DNA from: Cladosporium halotolerans
Taxonomy: Eukaryota
DNA: 64,000 bases
NCBI RefSeq assembly: GCF_011745625.1
Contig: NW_027191474.1
Coordinates: 1-64,000, forward strand
Reading direction: 5' to 3'
Shown: piece after piece, positions 59,552 through 64,000 of the stretch
Layout of the letters: each line of letters opens with the position of its first letter
How positions within the stretch are numbered: position 1 is the stretch's first letter
Notes under the pieces: generated by a model
What the model was told of the DNA's origin: nothing
Database searches by the model: none
What the model saw: the letters and a program-made list of their open reading frames with translations, nothing else
Made by a program: the position numbers and the translations under genes

Positions 59552-61601
59552 CTAGCTGCCGTCTATCTTCTCTCCCCTGGGTATCTCGACAGGTATCTGG
59601 GTGGTGTACCCAAGATCCCCGTCCAGCCCCTCCAGCTTTTTGAGCAGTTTGTTGGTCCACCTAGCCATCCAGGCGCCATCGACCTTGTCCACAGCAGTCT
59701 TCTTGAACTCACGGTGCAGGTTCTGCTTCGCATGCTCCATCGGGTGCTTCAAGACGTGGCTGAGCTGGCCGTGCGGCCGGAGCTTGTCGCGCAAACGCTG
59801 AGAGCGGGAGTCTGGATTCGAATGGGGCTCGTCGCTGGCCATATCCGTGTCGGGCGCAGGACGGATGGAGGAGTCCATGGAGTTCGAGCGGCTCCATTCC
59901 TCTTCGATGTCGAGCATTTGGCTTGTCTTAGACAGCGTTGTGGCGAACTGGAGGAAGGAGTCGGAGAAATAGGCTGGGAGCGAGGCGCGAACGGACATGG
60001 AGACGGGAGCTGTGTCTTCTCCAGGTGCGAGGTAGGAGTGCGATGGGAGGAGGCATGTCGGGATGGTGAAGTGGCCGTCTGCGCCGCTGAGCGAGGTGAC
60101 AAGGCCACTGTCCACCGCCTGCTCGCCGATCCGTGAGACAACGACTTGATTCGAGCGCACCTCCGTGGTGATGTCGTTAGATGTCAGCAGCGGAATTGAG
60201 GCGTGACCAATGATATTCGAAAGGGTGATGTAGACGTCTGCACTGGAGAGCCAGGTAGATACTTCTTGCTTGAGGGCCTCGATTCGCTGGTCATCTCCTA
60301 CGTATTTGCTGAATAGGCTTTCAAGCAATATATCGCCGAGGTAATGACCAGAGCCTGAGAAGCAGATTGACGGGCAGGTAATTTTGTGAGACTGGCTAAG
60401 GAACCACAGGGACAATCGCGAGACTATGGGGACTCGGTCGAGTTGCCGAGATATAGGCTCAAACAAATCGATCAGCTTCGTGAGTGATACCTTGCCTGTG
60501 CTGGGAACTTGCGGTGACTTCGCATTGCGTAGGTCTGAGCAAAGTAGTGGATGGTAATCGACTTCCTCTTTGAGGTTCGTGTCGCCAGTTTCGCGCGCTT
60601 TCTGGACCCGCGCTCTACTTTGATGTAGCCGGTTCCTAGTTCGTAGCTCCTCAAGGACATCCTCGTATCGCTGCTCGGCTTCGATGTCGGCGCTCGACAA
60701 AGTCACTTTGGCGCCAAGGCTGCGCTTGTCAATTGTCATGGGCCGGCCAGCTTTGATGGTTGGCTGAGCTCCATCGGCAAAGTCCGATGTGACTTTTTCT
60801 TTCAAGAGGTCTCTCTTGCGTGGCGCTGACTCGTCATCGCTGGCTCTGCCCAGGAGTCTGTTGCTCAAACTGTTGCTCTTGCTTCGTGAGAATTCGTCTC
60901 CGTTGAGATCATGACTGATGTGGGGCCTTTGTGATCCCACGCCTGTCGCCGGTGCAGTATACCAGTGGACCCCGTAGACCTCCTCGATGGTAATATCGCG
61001 AAACAGGCTGAACCTCAAGCCGTCGGTTTGGACAGAAAGTTCGTGTCCAGAGCCCAAATTCATCTCTGTGCAGCGAAGTTAGGATCTGTAGGCTGGGATC
61101 TGTAGCTTGCCAATGAGCAGATTCACACGTACCAAGTTCGATTGCATGGAAATCGATGGTCAAGTCCAGCAACGACACTGTGACTCCTCTCACCGTCAGG
61201 GAGCCATTTACCCCAGTATCCAGCAGTAATGCTGGCAGATTGAAGAAAGCAATACGATCCTTATGAAAGTGCGCAGATTTCCAGACGGTCCGCAGCCTCC
61301 CTCGCGTAATCCTCGACACAACCGCATACTGGACGAGACTTGTGACGAACACCAAAGGCCAGCAGCTCGCTGTAAACACCAGTCTGAACAGCCAGGACGT
61401 CGAAGCGAGCGCGTAGGCGACATGCAGGATGGCCAGTAGTGTGTATCGCGAAACAGACCAGTGGTGCGGAGGCCCGAGCAGGAGGAGCAGCGACTCTGCT
61501 GCGCAGCCTGATACCACCCAGTCACGGAACGATGATGATATGAGCCTCAGCAAGAAGGCGATCCAGGATGAGGGCTCGGGCGCTCCGCATGGGTTGTTCA
61601 T
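59552..61601 (-). CDS. Fungal membrane-anchored protein of unknown function, ~660 aa, 2 exons
   Basis: Intron 61132-61066 (GTACGT...CTAAC...CAG) joins ORFs 60909-61685 and 59552-61063 in frame. N-terminal hydrophobic helices are followed by a beta-strand-like region. Confidence 0.8.
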
Positions 61602-62536
61602 GGCGGCGGCTAATACCAACGGTGGCAAAGCTGGACTGAACAATGGCTTGCGGGCATGTCGGGCAGGCTTGGGTGATATTTGCAAGCCGGGTACGTTGCA
61701 GTCATGACTACCGAACTATCTCGTTCAAATGCCATGGATGCATTGCTAGCTTGGTCTTTTGACGCCGTCTGTCGCGTGGTCGAAACCTTGCGGATGGCCA
61801 TGGGGTCAAGCGCGATTTTGTCTTTCGTCATTGGTGGGGAAGTTCGAGAGAAGATCCGCGGACCCTCATACGTCACAGGAAACACCGGCGATAGGTTTTG
61901 TAGCCACTGCCAGAGGCAATTGATGCTCTTTGGGTGTCGTATGAGCAACATTCCGTCATTACCGTCGGCTTATTGAAACCGACTGAATCCAATTCTGTCC
62001 TCAGCTCAGCAGATGCTAGTCAAGCCTAAAGATCAACACGGTCAGAGTTCTCGAGCAGGTGTGCAAGCAGTGGGGCAAAATCACAGACTCGTTGTAAGAC
62101 CGGACCGGAACGACGCATATGACAGCAGGGTTTCGCTGGCGGCACGGCGCACTTTGATTCGAGCGCATGCTTCTGATGTTGTCAGAACCAAGGCTTGATC
62201 TCGTGGACCACGCTCCGCTTGCAGATCCGGTTGCAGAGCGAAACTCAAAATGTGGGCGTACATATTATATTCCAAGCTCCTTGCTCAGTACATTCCCTCT
62301 GCTCTGATTTTGTTGTCTGCAGAACCGTGTCATCTGTTCGCTGATACACTGCTGCATTGCTGCCTCTCAAGGCGATTCTGCGGTAGCCTCTCATTACGCC
62401 TGCCATCACTCCCGCTCGTACCGAAACCTTTGTCCTCCGGTCACACTGCTTCGATACTCTCTTGTTTCCCAGCCCAGGGGTGTGATAAGCTACGACAGCA
62501 GCACTACAAAAGACATGATTCGCGGGAGAGCAAAAA

Positions 62537-62633
62537 TGCATCGGCCGGGAATCGAACCCGGGGCTGGCCGACATTCGAAGTCCTGGAGGACTTCAGATGG
62601 CAACGGCCAATTTTACCACTAAACCACCAATGC
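62537..62633 (-). tRNA. tRNA-Gly(GCC) with 26-nt intron (62597-62572)
   Basis: Acceptor GCATTGG/CCGATGC, anticodon stem GGCCG/CGGCC with GCC, T arm GGTTCGATTCC, immediate T5 terminator. Confidence 0.95.
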
Positions 62634-62817
62634 TTCATGAATCAACCTTTTCTTGTGCAGTATATGACGCTAGTCGTGCGCCCTGCATGATGTGTTGAGA
62701 CGTGAGGAGACCAGAGTAAGATAGCAAGGTTAGTCTTCTTTCGATGAGTAAAGCAATCGAGTGCTTGCGAGATCCAGAGAGGGATCCAAGCCTTTCTTCT
62801 CTCAGTGCAACACTCTA

Positions 62818-64000
62818 TCATCCGCCGGCCCCAGCCTTCAACCCCAACTCCCTCCGATGCATAAACCACACGGCCCACGTTATGGCTCCCTGCGCCACGA
62901 ACATGACACTGCTAAACACAAAGCCCTTGTGAAACTCCGGCGCGTCAACAGCCGGGAAAATCAAGTAGGGCAACCAAGCATTGACCGCATAGCCCAGCGC
63001 GTTCATGATTCCCAGTACAATCGCACGCTCTTCCGCGTCGGCGCTACAGATCTCGCTGCACAAGAAGACAAGCATCAGCCATGTTCACCGGAGAGGAAAG
63101 GGAAGGAGGGGATGACTCACTTCGCCCACGCCATACTAATCGGCCCATACGGGACGTACGCTCTGAACATCTCGAACGCAAACCACTTAAGCCCATCCGG
63201 CACGGTCCAGACAGCCAGTACGACGGCGGTGAAGAAGCCCCAGAAAGTCGAGACAGACATCAGCGCAGGCCGATTACGCCAGCGGTCGGATAGGATGGCG
63301 AAAAGAACGGTAAGGACGAGCTGCACTGCGGATTGGGAGGTAGGGATAACGTTGATCAGCTCGATCGAGTATTTGCCTGTCGCTTTGAGCCAGAGCGTGA
63401 AGGGCTGGATGCTGCCGGAGGGTTGCTGTGGAGGAGATGTCAAAATGCGGCTTCTAATAAGGCGGAGAGCGAGACTCACAGCATTGATGAAGATGATGTA
63501 CAGCACGGAAAGGAAGTAGACATGCCAGCGGCCGAAAATGCGTTTCCAAGCAGACCAGCCGAGTCTCGATCGTGGCGCGCGGCCGACGTCGTCCATTCGC
63601 TTGACCGCGAGCTCGACCTGGTCTTTCCGCAGATAGAAAGCGCGCGTGTTTTCCGGCAAGTCCGGGATGAGGAATCTGCCGGCGATGGCGATGGGCAGGC
63701 TGATGACGCCGTCCATGACGAACAGCCATTTCCAGCCGGGCAGCCCGTGAAGACCGTTCATGCCATTGTAGACGCCGGCTTGAAGGTAGCCGCTGAACAT
63801 CGAAGCGGCAGCGGAGGAGGCGTGGAAGATGCAGGCGCGCTTAGCAAGCTCGGAGGGCTTGTACCATGATCCGAGGATCATATGGGCGGCTGGGTAAAAG
63901 ATGGACTCGAGCAGGCCAACAAAGAAGCGGATGGCAATGACGTGGTTGGACGTCGACACGGCAGCGAGGCAGAACGTGAGCATTGTCCAGAGCAGCTCGC
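62818..64000 (-). CDS. MFS anion:cation symporter, pantothenate transporter (Liz1/Fen2-like), 5'-truncated by window edge
   Basis: RFFVGLLES, LGSWYKPSELAKRACIF, FSGYLQAG, GWKWLFVMDG and EICSADAEERAIV. Introns 63479-63426 and 63120-63056. Confidence 0.92.

Noticed and set aside
1..64000. Transposable elements or RIP-degraded AT-rich blocks
   Set aside because: No transposase, RT or integrase motifs, no LTR/TIR pairs, and no strongly TpA-enriched AT-rich segment was seen.

Overview
This is gene-dense, fairly GC-rich genomic DNA from a filamentous ascomycete. Introns are short (mostly 50-90 nt) GT-AG with CTRAC branch points, and the tRNA genes carry introns. I reconstructed about 25 protein-coding genes by hand, splicing across the ORF track, plus three intact tRNAs (Glu-CTC, Asn-GTT, Gly-GCC) and one aberrant tRNA-Asp-like element. 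The main result is a head-to-head fungal NLR/amyloid-signalling cell-death module at 40861-45067 that is largely invisible in the ORF track. An NB-ARC/TPR NLR has a 103-nt first exon encoding a PP-type (RHIM-like) amyloid motif, INFGSGNLGVEVGQNFGPI. It faces a HeLo-like pore-former whose C-terminus carries the matching motif VNFGDHNHGAQFGTNHGPI plus an extra GIQIG core. Next to it is a divergent aldoxime dehydratase + nitrilase pair (aldoxime-nitrile pathway). Other points of interest are a fungal SLATT 2TM protein, a COOH-NH2-ligase-type amidoligase, an F-box gene split by a 1-nt frameshift, a Rid-family protein lacking the catalytic Arg, and several orphan low-complexity genes. I saw no transposon, CRISPR array or rRNA. 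All family calls come from recognising motifs by eye; no database searches were run.
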